DNA of 63,925 nt, the filler included, from Trichomonas gallinae (lineage: Eukaryota): assembly GCA_008369845.1 (NCBI GenBank). It is 10 parts of 10 records of this genome, joined end to end, with 100 filler letters (N's around TTAATTAATTAA, not from the genome) between each part and the next. Parts side by side here need not be neighbours in the genome. Positions count along the whole stretch, not along the records: positions 20,331 to 40,746 come from MRSU01000196.1; 9 more parts are not named here. One strand, 5' to 3'. The notes beneath the pieces are model-generated. The model ran no database searches, had not been told where the DNA came from, and saw only the letters and a program-made list of their open reading frames with translations. Positions 21,445-33,068 of the stretch are shown piece by piece. The position numbers were made by a program, and so were the translations under genes. Each line of letters starts with the position of its first letter. Within the stretch, counting starts at the first letter, position 1.

Positions 21445-23436
21445 CTAATGAAACATATGAATCTCCTGTTGCTCTTCAAAATCATCAACAAATGGGTCTT
21501 CATCTTTCTCTCCATACAATGGGTTATCATATTCATCTGCAATTGTTATTGTTTTGGCAGTTTCTGGATTAAATACAAATTTACGTTTCTTGGCTTCCTT
21601 GTACTTCTTATGCTCGTGAGCAATGATTATTGCAGCGATGATAGCACCCATGGCAACAACTGCGCAAGCAGCAGCAGCGACTATAATTATCACCATTTTT
21701 GTTTGTTTGCTCTTTTCTTCGGCGTAAGTATTCTTGGCATTAATAGTTACTCCATTTTGAGCCGCTGATTGATTTACTGGTTCCTTTTTAATATCAGGAA
21801 CAGCTATTATCGGATCATCTATTGTATCATAATTGAAGAGGTAATATGCGTAGTATGATACAGCATCATTCCTATCGACGGCCTTGAAAGTGATCTTGTT
21901 CTGTCCTTTCTTGCAGTGCTGTAGTAGGTTAATGAACTCAAATTCTTGCCAATTGGATTGTGTATCGACATACTTGAAGAAAGTGAAAGAATCATATGGC
22001 TTTGCATCTGGGAGCAAATAATATATTTTCAATGGGCCGTTATAGTTCACATCTCTAACATAACCTTTGACAATTATTGGTTCATTGTATTTGTATGTTT
22101 TGATTTCATCCCCTTGGGTGATGTTGATCTCTGGGATATTGCCTTCAGCGTAATTGAATGTGCGTGTGTATACTTTAGAAGTTGAGCCATATATGTCAAC
22201 TGCCCAGATCTTTAGAACATGTTTGCCATATGGAAGATGTCTGTCGAGGATAGGAAGGACTGTTCTGAATGATATATATTCTCCGTTACATTCATATGTT
22301 TCGTTTGAATCGAATTCAAACAAGTCATCAAATTGATAAGCAATTGTAACATTTGATTCATCCCAAACAACGCCCTGGAGTTCTATGATACCACTAGTGT
22401 AGTATTTATCCTTTATTTCACCTTTTATTGTCAAACGTGGAGCTTGATTAACCCTAAAGTTCTTCTCTTCAATATTTGACATTATATTAGTTTCAGTGAC
22501 TGCCCACATTGTTAATTTATAGTTATCGACTTCAGAGCCGAGTTTAATGGTGAGGGGAAGAAAATAATCGATGCCTCCTACATGTGACTCGATTTCACCA
22601 TATATGAATGTTTCTGTTCCTTTGCTGTTTGTAATGTTATAATAAACTGTTACATTTTCTTCGTAATACCATTGTAAGAAAAATGTGAACTTGATCTTAG
22701 ACTTAGGAAGATAGTTTTCGGAAAGTTCATCTTGTATTTGGACGAGTGGTGGGACCAACAAGTCTTCTGAAACGCCAACTAAGACATTTAATTCGACAGG
22801 AATCCATGGCTTAAGGAATTTTCTATTGCGCCAGCTGAATGAAATAGCAGCATCATACGTTCCTGGCTTAAGATCGGATACTGTGTTTTCCCAATAATGG
22901 CGATTGCCTTCTGTGGCTTCACCAACCCAGAAATCGTCAACATCCCATAAACCCCAGGCCTTTCCCATGGCAATACCCAATTTCACAGGCTTAGATGTAA
23001 TAGAGTATAATTCTTCCATTTGTACACCGATAAATTGTTCATACTTCGTGATTTTTGTATATTCGGAAAGTCCAATCTTGATATCTGCATAACAAGAGAT
23101 GGAAATGTTATGATAGTCGCCATCCATTGATTCTGCGGTGAAATGAATGTGTACAAAGTTCTCTATACCAAGTAATTCTAATCTAGTAATAATTTTAACT
23201 CCATGACGTTCGATAGTACCATTGTTAGTTCCTGGGATTGGTATTTCTTCTGGATAATTGTCAACTTTGAATACGGGGAAAAAGCCATTTGAGGTGATTG
23301 ATCCCCTTTTATAAGTAATGTCGAAAGCACCTTTAGGTCTAGCATAAGGTGAAGGATCTGGCTCGAGGAACTTCCAATCAAGGCCTTCATAGTTACCTTC
23401 TTGGCACAAAACTAACGCTGTTAGCGCGGCAAGCAT
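21445..23436 (-). CDS. Type I surface protein with beta-sandwich/Ig-like (Bap-like) repeats and NPxY/DPF cytosolic tail
   Basis: Short signal-like N-terminus, YADIKIG domain, Ig-like units (GKHVLKIWAVD, ITFKAVDR), TM helix, and tail DNPLYGEKDEDPFVDDFEE. Confidence 0.8.
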   Translation of the reverse strand: MLAALTALVLCQEGNYEGLDWKFLEPDPSPYARPKGAFDITYKRGSITSNGFFPVFKVDNYPEEIPIPGTNNGTIERHGVKIITRLELLGIENFVHIHFTAESMDGDYHNISISCYADIKIGLSEYTKITKYEQFIGVQMEELYSITSKPVKLGIAMGKAWGLWDVDDFWVGEATEGNRHYWENTVSDLKPGTYDAAISFSWRNRKFLKPWIPVELNVLVGVSEDLLVPPLVQIQDELSENYLPKSKIKFTFFLQWYYEENVTVYYNITNSKGTETFIYGEIESHVGGIDYFLPLTIKLGSEVDNYKLTMWAVTETNIMSNIEEKNFRVNQAPRLTIKGEIKDKYYTSGIIELQGVVWDESNVTIAYQFDDLFEFDSNETYECNGEYISFRTVLPILDRHLPYGKHVLKIWAVDIYGSTSKVYTRTFNYAEGNIPEINITQGDEIKTYKYNEPIIVKGYVRDVNYNGPLKIYYLLPDAKPYDSFTFFKYVDTQSNWQEFEFINLLQHCKKGQNKITFKAVDRNDAVSYYAYYLFNYDTIDDPIIAVPDIKKEPVNQSAAQNGVTINAKNTYAEEKSKQTKMVIIIVAAAACAVVAMGAIIAAIIIAHEHKKYKEAKKRKFVFNPETAKTITIADEYDNPLYGEKDEDPFVDDFEEQQEIHMFH

Positions 23437-25842
23437 ATGTATTTTGATAGATTTTTGTGTTGTAACAATTTTTTTTGAAAGATTTCTTGAATATAGTTTT
23501 GTATTATTTTTATTACGTAACAGGTCTAGATCAACAATTCAAAATAAAAAATAAAAATTAAAAAGGAGTTCAATTTTTGAAAGAATTATTAGTTATGACT
23601 TTTGAGAACTATCGAGCGTCCAATTAAGCATTAATCATAACTTTTAGCGGATCATGTATGCAACCGATAATTAATAAAATTTATCAAATTTGAATGCATA
23701 CAGGCGCATTGAATTAATTTAATTGTTATTTGTGAAATCAATATTAATGCTTTTCCTTTGCTTTTTTATGAAAATAAAATGACCAAAAAATTGACATCTG
23801 CAATTTGTTAAATATAGTTTATATCTGCTTCAACATAACGTAGAGTTTATCACTATAAAAATTCGGATTTGTTTTTCTATTTAAATTTAAATTGATTATT
23901 TTTTTGAAAAAATAATTATACATATACATCCATTATTGATTTAGTAAAACGATTGTTGCGGTTAACTTTTCAATTCTCAAAAATTGAGTCATTATATAAA
24001 TTTATGTTGATTTATTCGTATTTTATTGAAGCATACAAGAGTAGATATCTATTTCTCTATTTATGGTTCTGATTAATTGTTTACACTATATAAACGCACA
24101 ATCTCGTGTTATATATATTAAATGGCATTAGAAGTTGACGAATGTATATGAATTAGGCCAAAAATTTGTGTATAACGTATTTTGTTAACTATCAATTCGG
24201 GTTAAAACAACAACTTCTATCTTCTCTCAATTTCTAGTGGTGCAAAGTGACTTATTTATATGTGAAGTCGATTTACGTTGTCAGTTATTGCAATCAGCAG
24301 CTTGTAATGCATGGAAATCAATTACAATGACTAATTACTATCTGTTGGTGATTTCATTTTTCTGCAAACTCCTTCATTCATTGAATAAAACCACAAATTT
24401 ATCTTTTTCATAGCTACAAAAGACTCAATCTGCAGATAAACACATTCCATAAACCTTACATAACGACATAATGAAATAGAACGTTTTTTCTAGAAATATT
24501 GAATTACATGTTTCAGCGGGCATAGATGTTTGAATTAACTTGAAGCGTCTTAGTCTTATATTAACATCTTTCCTAGTTGAAGCGATCCTTGATTATTAAA
24601 ATATTTTACTCATCTTTATTTACTATGGGCTCATATTATGGGCGATATAATTATTGGTATATGGTTTTTCCAAAACTTGAATATTAATTTGCTTTGGAAC
24701 ATTATTGTTAAAAAATCAAGATTTTTCTATATAAATTGACAAGATAATACTATGTCAAAATGTCAGCATTGATTCTCCGTCATTTTGTTTTTCGAATAGG
24801 AAATAATTTTCTAAAATCATCTTTGATAATAATTTATTACTAATGATGAATATGATGACAACATTGACAAATAATTTCTACCCTTTGATATCTATGATAC
24901 AATTGTCTAAATGCAATTGTGATATTAATGCAGAATTTGTAATTCTGAGATTTCATCAATACAATTAAAATTTCAGAAGGATTAGTGTAGATATAATCCA
25001 AGTGTATTTTGCATTGATTGTATAATAATTGAATTTTGTGTTTTTTGGGAAAATGTAAGGACTGTGTATTTGCTTCGTTTATCGCAATATATGCAAATTC
25101 ACCAGTGACATCCATTATTAGTGGCATTATAATGATGAAATCGTTATATAATGAAATTTTTATTATGAATATTTTTAGCAAATTGAATTTATATAAAATT
25201 AACATTATATTCCATATATACATCATCAATGTTGAATATTTGCTGATGCAATTTTCTCCTACACTGCTTTGTCACAGCCGAATCACGAGTCATTCATATT
25301 TCGTAGAATTGTATGTTTCGCATAACATACATGTGGTGTTGTATAAATACTGTGAATATTAGAGTTTTAACTCATTTTATCTAAACTTTATATTAAAAAA
25401 TGAAGCATATAAATATTTAAAGAGTTTCTCATCGTGTTAAAGCTTTAATATCGATATAATAATATAGATCAATTGCATTGTTGCGCACACATATATGACA
25501 TCATATGAAGTTGTTTCAATATTCATTACATATTATAATATTACCCCAAAAATCATTGTAACAATTTTTCTTTTTTTATAGATGGGCGAATATTTTCTTG
25601 AAAATATCTCTATGATCCACCATTAAATGTAATTATTATAGTATTAATATATACTATAATCTATGTAGTGTTGATTTATACTACAATTATCTGATTGTAT
25701 TTTACAGATCATGAGCTATAATCGAAAAATGTTTCTCTAATTTTTAACAACATGGAAAATTGTTTAATATATATAAGCTAATATAAAAAGTATAACTTAT
25801 TGGAGAGTATACCATCTAATATACAAATATACAAATCTCCAT

Positions 25843-26904
25843 CTACATATAATATATTGCACAAGCAAGAGCAATAATGCTTTCCTTCATTTCATATGCA
25901 AATGATTGCTTTGGAGCCGGTTTCCTGGTAACCAAGAATTCTTTCTCAACAATATTCGATGTTAATAAGGATTCTGTGGTCGCCCAGATTGATAATGAAT
26001 AGTAGCGTGCACTGGACTCAACATTGATAGAGATCGTTTCATTTTGTTCGTTACCCTTTCCCATTGAGAATTCACGATCATGTTTGATACTTTTGGTTTC
26101 TTTATCATTTGTAACATTGTAGTAAAGATAAACTTTTTCGTTATCATTGAGGTTCCTCAAGTTAACTTTGACATCAACCTCGGAGTTGGCATCGTAGCTT
26201 CTGCTTATCTCATATGTTTTGACTATTGGTGGGCTCTTTAATTCTTGCCCAACACCAATTAAAACCGATAATTCGAGAGGCTTGTTTGGACGGACGCTTC
26301 TGTCGCGCCAGCCAATTGAAAAGGCGGAATCAAATCTACCCGGTAGATTTACAGACCCTGCGTTTTCCCAGTAATGATATTCTTTACGTTCATATTCACC
26401 AACCCAGAAATCATCAACATTTGTTACACCATAACCATCTCTGACAATAAGATTCAGTTTTGGCGGACGAAGTTGAAAAGAGTCTTCCATTGTTATTCCA
26501 CGTTTACCATCATACCAATTGATAGGTGCATTATCATTGTTTCCAATTTTGACGTCTGCATACGACGCAAGGTCAATAGTATGTGGCTGACCATCTGTTG
26601 ATGTTGCAATGAATTTAATTTGTAAATAATTCTTCATTGGACTTGATATGTTCGTTGTAACTTTAACACCTCCAAATTCGGCAACACCTTCATTAATTCC
26701 GAGAATTTTTGTTAACTCATTACGGCCATCAACTTTGAAGACAGGCCACCATCCATTTCCAAAAGCTGTCGTCGGGAATCTATTGAATACTATATCGAAA
26801 TCACCCATGTAGTCATTATATGAAGTTGGTTTCTCTTTAACGTAGTTCCACTGGAGGCCAGGCAAGTTGGCACAAGAAATCATGGTTACAAAAGCTGCAA
26901 GCAT
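25843..26904 (-). CDS. Shorter tandem paralog of the 21445-23436 surface protein
   Basis: Starts MLAAF at ATG 26904. Shares GLxW, PVFKVD, YADxKIG, VDDFWVGE...HYWEN, WRxR and SNIxEKxF with the neighbouring gene. Ends in a short hydrophobic C-terminus. Confidence 0.85.
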   Translation of the reverse strand: MLAAFVTMISCANLPGLQWNYVKEKPTSYNDYMGDFDIVFNRFPTTAFGNGWWPVFKVDGRNELTKILGINEGVAEFGGVKVTTNISSPMKNYLQIKFIATSTDGQPHTIDLASYADVKIGNNDNAPINWYDGKRGITMEDSFQLRPPKLNLIVRDGYGVTNVDDFWVGEYERKEYHYWENAGSVNLPGRFDSAFSIGWRDRSVRPNKPLELSVLIGVGQELKSPPIVKTYEISRSYDANSEVDVKVNLRNLNDNEKVYLYYNVTNDKETKSIKHDREFSMGKGNEQNETISINVESSARYYSLSIWATTESLLTSNIVEKEFLVTRKPAPKQSFAYEMKESIIALACAIYYM

Positions 26905-28900
26905 TTTTTTTGTTTTGTTTTTTCTGAAAGAAACTTTGAAAGTGGAGACTTTTGAAAGAATTAAATGGAACTCAATTCTCTCAAAAGTCTTTCCCACATT
27001 TATAAGTCATGACCCGTTCGATTTATAGCATCATTGTTAAGCTTAAAAACTTGATTCCTAAAAATTGGATGGTTCATAATATGCATCGTTTTAGATTATA
27101 TGTGGATGCAGTTAGTCAGCATCAGTTTTTTTCATTAAATAAATCCGTTCTGACCTATAGGAAAATAATTCTTTCAAATATTGAGATAATTCTTTTTTGA
27201 TTAAAATTAAATAGACACAATTTTTCAAAGCGTTATTTTCTATCATTATTTCATTAAAATATACATAAAGAAATACCTAGTAAATTTCACACTGAACCGA
27301 TAATTTATAAAAATTTATCTAATTTCAATGGAAGTATAGGATATTTATATCAATTAATTGTTTGTATATTTTTGTAATGTACTGAGCCAACAACAATGTT
27401 TAACCTTTGTTGCATGGCGCAAATAATCTTCTCAAAAAGTGGTATCATCAATTAATATTATAAAGTGAATATTCGAATCTATATGGTATATGGATATGAT
27501 TACTAAAATTTGAATTGAAATTCAGATGATTATTTTTGTTGGCTATTGATCTTAATATAAAGCACTCCTCTCGTGTTGCGAACGGACCAACATGGCCAGT
27601 TCCCTTTCAATTCAGAACAATAACGTACTTTTTATCCACGATCAATTGATCTTTTGATTGTACACACGATTAGAAACCATTTTTATATTTTTTTAAAAAA
27701 ATACGATTGCAAGTTAATCTTGATGAATGACTTTAAATATACATGCTACAATATTGGTTAATGTTTTGGCTTTTATTATACATCTTTATTCATCATCTGA
27801 ATCGTTAAATACTCCGGATAGTTTATTTAAATTTCCTGCCTCAAGTAAAAGAATTTAAACTAGTCTCATGCATATATCTTATAGTGGACCACATCATCTA
27901 ATAAATTAATATACCCAAATCGTTATTGATCAAATATTGGCGGTATTGCATCACTCAAATGATACATTTTTTATTTTTCGACAAAAATCATAAATTAGAC
28001 AATGTTAATTGTATAGCATTGACTTTCGATATAAAAGAATAACATCAGTGTTTTTCGGTTGTAAAGTCAAAAATAAACACTTTGATCAATTTACATGTCA
28101 TAAATCTATCATTGGAATAAAGTTCATTATTCCAAATTCGAATAAAGTCATGGTGATTCCAATAAAAACTGTGATGACTATCAATTCCATTGCGAATAAG
28201 GATTTTTTTTTACCCATTCATCAGCTGGTAACCATGCTATTGACTCTCATAAATATAAATGCCAACTTTATCTGTTCATTTTTTATTGATATATCTGCCC
28301 AGCAAATCATTACATGTAAACAATTTACATCATGACACAAAGAGCACTTGAATATCATTAGATAATCTAGAAGATGCGAAATGGATGAGGAAATTCTCGA
28401 TTTCTCATGATTGGAAATATCTTTTATTGAATCGGTTTATAAAGATGAGCATTTCAATAAGGACTTTAATTTATAGTTTTTATTCCTATACATCATCGAA
28501 TTTTGCTGTGTATTGATTCATATTTTGGCCTTTTTGTTTTGAATTTCGGTTTTTAATAACATTGATGATGCGATATTCACTATTTCCATGTTTTAACGCA
28601 TAGAAAGCTTATTTTTAGCGAGTGAAAGGCGAAAACTGTAACAGATGATATTTCTTCCATCGTCATTTTGTCCATTATCAATTCTAAATAAAAATCTAAA
28701 ATATATATAATGTGAATAGCTTAATGAAAAGGGATTTGATGCTTATAATGTCTTTTTCAGAATCTCGATAAAATTAATATAACAGAAACAAGTTTTATTT
28801 GTGATTTTTATGTTATTTATCTAGAAAATGATAATCTAAAAGAGTTTTTCATGGAAAATAAAAAAGTTGTCGATAAAAAAAAAAGCGAAAAAAAGATTTT

Positions 28901-31900
28901 ATGGGAGCAAGTATTTCTGGTAATTATGAGAATATCGAGCCCCTTTTTACTGTCGGCTACTGGGATATCAAGCGCGCGGTCCAGAAATCGACGAGACAGC
29001 CCGTTTGCTTGTGGGTTTTCGATTATCCGAGAATTAAAGCTCGCGAAAGAAACACAAATGACAGGCACAGTTACATGGAAACAGTCATTGCATCGATAAG
29101 AGCAACAATGAAACTCAGGCATCCGAATATTCTTAAAATTTTTGAGTTTTCCGATGACATGAAAAATTTAGCTTTCGCTTCGGAACCTATCGAGTACCAG
29201 TCAGCTAACAATCCTCAGTTCACAAAAGATGAGGCTATTTTTGCATCAAAACAGCTCGCCATTGTGATGCAATTTTTGAATGAAGAATGTCATATCGGAT
29301 ATCTGACTCTTTGCCCAGAATCAGTCTTCTTCAGCAAAGATTTCACGCTTAAACTTTCATTATTCACATTTTCAAAGGCTGCCAGGGATATAAATTTCGC
29401 AATTCAAATGAGAGCGCCTTGGGCTGCCAATTCGATGCATATTCCGGCGAATTATGCAGCCCCTGAAGTTATAAACAATCAAACAATTACTGTTCGCGCG
29501 GATACTTTTATGTACGGTTTAATGGTTTATTATTTGTTTACAAATAAGCATGCAATGGATGCTACATCGAGAGAAACATATTCTCAAAGTCAAATCGCAA
29601 ATCATATTGGAGATCTTCCGGACGAATATCAAGATTTGGTGAAACCGTGCTTCGGAGATGTTGCTTCGATGCGTCCGAGCTTCATTACAATCAACAATGA
29701 TGAAGCTTTTTCATCTCCTGTTTGCGATTGTTTTCAATATCTTCAAGCAGTCGATTCGAAGGATCCTAAGGATGTATACTCATTCCTTACTGGATTAGCA
29801 GACATTGTACACGTGTTCTCAACAAGAATCAAGAGAAATTTCTTCTTACCAATATTTATTAAGCTTGCTGTATCAGATTCGAGGTATGGCATCATTATCA
29901 TCCCAATGGTGATGAAGATTTCTGAATCTCTCAACAAAGAAGAATTCTTCCCATTAATTCTTGAACCTCTTCAGCCAGTTTTCGGAAAACCGAACAATCC
30001 AGTTCTCGCGAAAGTCATTATCAATACAACCGATTACATCTCGCAATTCCTTACACCAAATCAATATCCAGATTTCGTTTTCCCTTCGATTTTCTACGCG
30101 TTGGCGAGCAATTCACAGGACTTGATCCAGATTGGTATCTCCAAGCTTCCTTTAGTCGTCGAAAATCTCTCTTCTACAGTTCTCGCAGATCAAATCTTGC
30201 CAAAACTCGCTGGAATCCTTCCTCTCTGCCAAGATGCAAGCATCGCTTCGCTAAACATCAATGTTATTCCATGCTTCGTGACTAAAATCGACAACGAAAT
30301 TATCGCAAATACGATTAATCCAAAGGTTGTTGAACTTTGGAGGAAGAATCAGTGGGAGTCAATTCCAGCTGATTATTACAAAGCACTTGTTTCTTACCAA
30401 CTCAAATCTGAAAAGCAGATGAAATTAGTTGTGCCAATGTGCGTTGAGTTCCTTCAATATCCGAAGCTCAAGGCTGAAATACAATCCTTGTACTTCAATT
30501 TGCTCCTCAAGAGCACAATGGCTGTCATGAAAGATCGCGGAGTATCAGCTGAAGTCCAAATTCCTGACGCTGTTGCCAATGATACTCACCAGATTCAAGT
30601 CCTCGACAACGACCCATTCAGCACGAGAAACAAGAGCAAGCAGGCAAAGCCAGTAGAGCCAGAACCACAAAACGATCCATTCGGCGCACCTCCTATTTCT
30701 TCCAAGCCACAGAGCTCATTCAACGATGACCCATTCGGCGGCTCTCAGGCACAGGCACCACCACAGCAAGCAAGTTCATTCAACAACGATCCATTCGGAA
30801 GTTCTCAAGCTCCTCCACCAGCTAAGCAAAGCTCATTCAATGATGATCCATTTGGAAGCTCACAGGCTGCTCCTCCACCTGCTAAGCCTCAACCCTCGTT
30901 CAATAACTTCGATGACGATAGAAGTGATACTGATCCATTTGCTCAGCCAAAGAAGCCAATCACACAACCAAGCTCATTCGAGAACGATCCATTCTCACAG
31001 CCTAAGGGAATGCCTGTTCCATCAATGTCTGCTCAGGTACCACCAGCCAAACAAAGCTCGTTCGATGATGATCCGTTTGGCTCTTCAAAGCCACAGACCA
31101 AGCCGCAGAACAACGATCCATTTGGCTCATCGCACTCAGTCAGCTCATCGCAGCATCAATCACGCCAGAGCTTCGACAGCGACCCGTTCGCACAGCCAGC
31201 CCCGAAGCAGCAGACTGGCAAGGCAGATCCATGGAACACTCAGCCGCAGAGGGCACCGAGCAACGAGGACAAACTGCCAGATCCACAGATCACAACTCAG
31301 AACTCATTCGTTGGCGATCCATTCGCAAATCTCAAGCCAGCGCCAAGGCCAACAGGAATTTCCCACCAGCCTTCATTCGTTGAGGATCCATGGGGAGCCA
31401 AGGAGCCAGTCAGGACACCAAGGAGGCCGCGTAAGAGCTTCGATGGCGATCCATTCGTTGCCGGCTCACCTCTTCCATCAGAGCACACAACATTCAGCAA
31501 CGATCCATGGAGCATTCCAACTGTTGAGCCTCTTTCCAACTCACAGAGCTCGCTCGCCAGCGACCCATGGGGATCATCACAGCAGATACAGAGTCCATAC
31601 GACAACGATCCATACACATCATCGCACCAGATGAAGAGTCCATATGACGAAAGTGATAACAACGATGATCCATACGCATCATATCAGCCACCGAAGCAGC
31701 AAGAGCCGCCGAAACAGCGGAACAATTTCGATGATGATCCATTCTCTAAGCCTAAACCTCAGCAGGCTCCACCAGCTAAACCACAGAGCTCATTTGACGA
31801 TGATCCATTCAGCAAACCTAAGCCACAGCAGGCTCCACCAAAGCTTCAGAATTCATTCGATGATGATCCATTCAGTGGCTCTAAACCAGCTGCTCCACCG

Positions 31901-32257
31901 CCTGCTAAACCACAAAACACATTCAACGACGATCCATTTGGCGGATCAAAGCCAGCACAGCCTCCGCCAGCAGCTAAGCCACAAAACACATTTAATGATG
32001 ATCCATTTGGCGGGTCAAAGCCAGCACAGCCTCCGCCAGCAGCTAAGCCTCAGAATACATTCAATGATGATCCATTCAGTGGTTCAAGGCCAGCTGCTCC
32101 ACCAGCTAAGCCACAGAACTCGTTTACAAGTGATCCATTTGCTGGAAATAGGCCAATGCAGGCCCCACCAGCTGCGCCGCCAAAACCTAGCAATGAGCCG
32201 CCAGCACCGCAAAGCCCGGAGGTAGATGATGGATTCAGCGGCTTCGAGTTTGAGTAA
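28901..32257 (+). CDS. SCY1-like (SCYL2/CVAK104-like) pseudokinase with HEAT repeats and DPF/DPW-rich tail
   Basis: KLRHPNILK, LAFASEP and YAAPEV are present; the catalytic Lys, HRD and DFG are absent. Helical HEAT-like middle, then a low-complexity P/Q/S tail with about 25 DP[FWY] motifs. MGASIS myristoylation-like start. Confidence 0.85.
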   Translation: MGASISGNYENIEPLFTVGYWDIKRAVQKSTRQPVCLWVFDYPRIKARERNTNDRHSYMETVIASIRATMKLRHPNILKIFEFSDDMKNLAFASEPIEYQSANNPQFTKDEAIFASKQLAIVMQFLNEECHIGYLTLCPESVFFSKDFTLKLSLFTFSKAARDINFAIQMRAPWAANSMHIPANYAAPEVINNQTITVRADTFMYGLMVYYLFTNKHAMDATSRETYSQSQIANHIGDLPDEYQDLVKPCFGDVASMRPSFITINNDEAFSSPVCDCFQYLQAVDSKDPKDVYSFLTGLADIVHVFSTRIKRNFFLPIFIKLAVSDSRYGIIIIPMVMKISESLNKEEFFPLILEPLQPVFGKPNNPVLAKVIINTTDYISQFLTPNQYPDFVFPSIFYALASNSQDLIQIGISKLPLVVENLSSTVLADQILPKLAGILPLCQDASIASLNINVIPCFVTKIDNEIIANTINPKVVELWRKNQWESIPADYYKALVSYQLKSEKQMKLVVPMCVEFLQYPKLKAEIQSLYFNLLLKSTMAVMKDRGVSAEVQIPDAVANDTHQIQVLDNDPFSTRNKSKQAKPVEPEPQNDPFGAPPISSKPQSSFNDDPFGGSQAQAPPQQASSFNNDPFGSSQAPPPAKQSSFNDDPFGSSQAAPPPAKPQPSFNNFDDDRSDTDPFAQPKKPITQPSSFENDPFSQPKGMPVPSMSAQVPPAKQSSFDDDPFGSSKPQTKPQNNDPFGSSHSVSSSQHQSRQSFDSDPFAQPAPKQQTGKADPWNTQPQRAPSNEDKLPDPQITTQNSFVGDPFANLKPAPRPTGISHQPSFVEDPWGAKEPVRTPRRPRKSFDGDPFVAGSPLPSEHTTFSNDPWSIPTVEPLSNSQSSLASDPWGSSQQIQSPYDNDPYTSSHQMKSPYDESDNNDDPYASYQPPKQQEPPKQRNNFDDDPFSKPKPQQAPPAKPQSSFDDDPFSKPKPQQAPPKLQNSFDDDPFSGSKPAAPPPAKPQNTFNDDPFGGSKPAQPPPAAKPQNTFNDDPFGGSKPAQPPPAAKPQNTFNDDPFSGSRPAAPPAKPQNSFTSDPFAGNRPMQAPPAAPPKPSNEPPAPQSPEVDDGFSGFEFE
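31907..32075 (+). repeat. 69-bp coding tandem repeat (KPQNTFNDDPFGGSKPAQPPPAA) in the SCYL tail
   Basis: Two near-identical units plus a partial third. Confidence 0.85.
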
Positions 32258-32606
32258 ATTTATAATTCACCATGTTATATGGAATGTAAACAATTAATTG
32301 ATTATTTCGGTACATATCACTTCTTTCACTTGCAATTTTAAGTAATTTACATGATTTTTTTTTTAAAAAAACTAAAACGTTGGAAACATTGTTATGAAAC
32401 AAATTATCAGAAAGTCCATGCTAAAGTTATATTTTTAATCTGAAGTTGGTAAAATGATGTTGATCAATAAATTTAGATCTATTGATTAGAAAAATAATGA
32501 GCAAATGCTTTTTTATGATGCATATGTTAAATATATAGGAATTTAAATCGAATCTATCCTTTATTACAAGTAATACATACAAAAATATTAACAAAGAACA
32601 AAAATC

Positions 32607-33068
32607 TTACTCAACGAAAAAGTTAAACTCTGCGAAATCATCATCGAAGTTGAACATAGAGTCCAATATTTCTGGTTCTGGTGTCGGAATCTTCGGAATT
32701 ACTTGTGGAGGAGTTATGCTTTTTGAATTTGAGTCAACAATTCTTCTCATGAGTACTTTGTATCTTGATTTCAATGATGCATCTGATCTACCGTTGAATA
32801 ATTTTGCGATTGAAGTCCATTTTGATCCATGCTGTTGGCACAGCATCAAAATCAACTCATCTTCTTCTGCAGAGAAAGGAGCGTGATTTATATGTGGTGC
32901 AAGGAATTTCTCCCATCTGTCTTTGCATTGTCTGTGATTTCTTCCCGGCATCATTTTCGAAATTACTTTCCAGTTGCTTGTTCCATGCACATTAACCAAG
33001 CTTCTGAGTTTTTCATCTTCCTCTTTAGAGAAATGCACTTTTAGGAGGCCAGAACTCTTTCTCATCAT
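32607..33068 (-). CDS. R2R3-Myb DNA-binding protein
   Basis: FSKEEDEKL...W..IS..MPGRNHRQCKDRWEKFLAP...FSAEED...HGSKW..IA..FNGRSDASLKSRY. Confidence 0.93.
   Translation of the reverse strand: MMRKSSGLLKVHFSKEEDEKLRSLVNVHGTSNWKVISKMMPGRNHRQCKDRWEKFLAPHINHAPFSAEEDELILMLCQQHGSKWTSIAKLFNGRSDASLKSRYKVLMRRIVDSNSKSITPPQVIPKIPTPEPEILDSMFNFDDDFAEFNFFVE

Noticed and set aside
24200..25400. Short ORFs (24840-25229, 25036-25362) between the tandem surface genes
   Set aside because: No ATG with an initiator, no recognisable motif and AT-rich composition; cannot be supported as genes.
28009..28700. Coding-like, stop-interrupted minus-strand stretch with a hydrophobic segment
   Set aside because: May be an old pseudogene, but no family is recognisable and frames are too broken to call.
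30726..32225. Long alternative-frame ORFs (302 aa and 193 aa, His/Ser-rich) overlapping the SCYL tail
   Set aside because: Shadow frames produced by low-complexity, stop-poor repeat sequence; no independent coding evidence.
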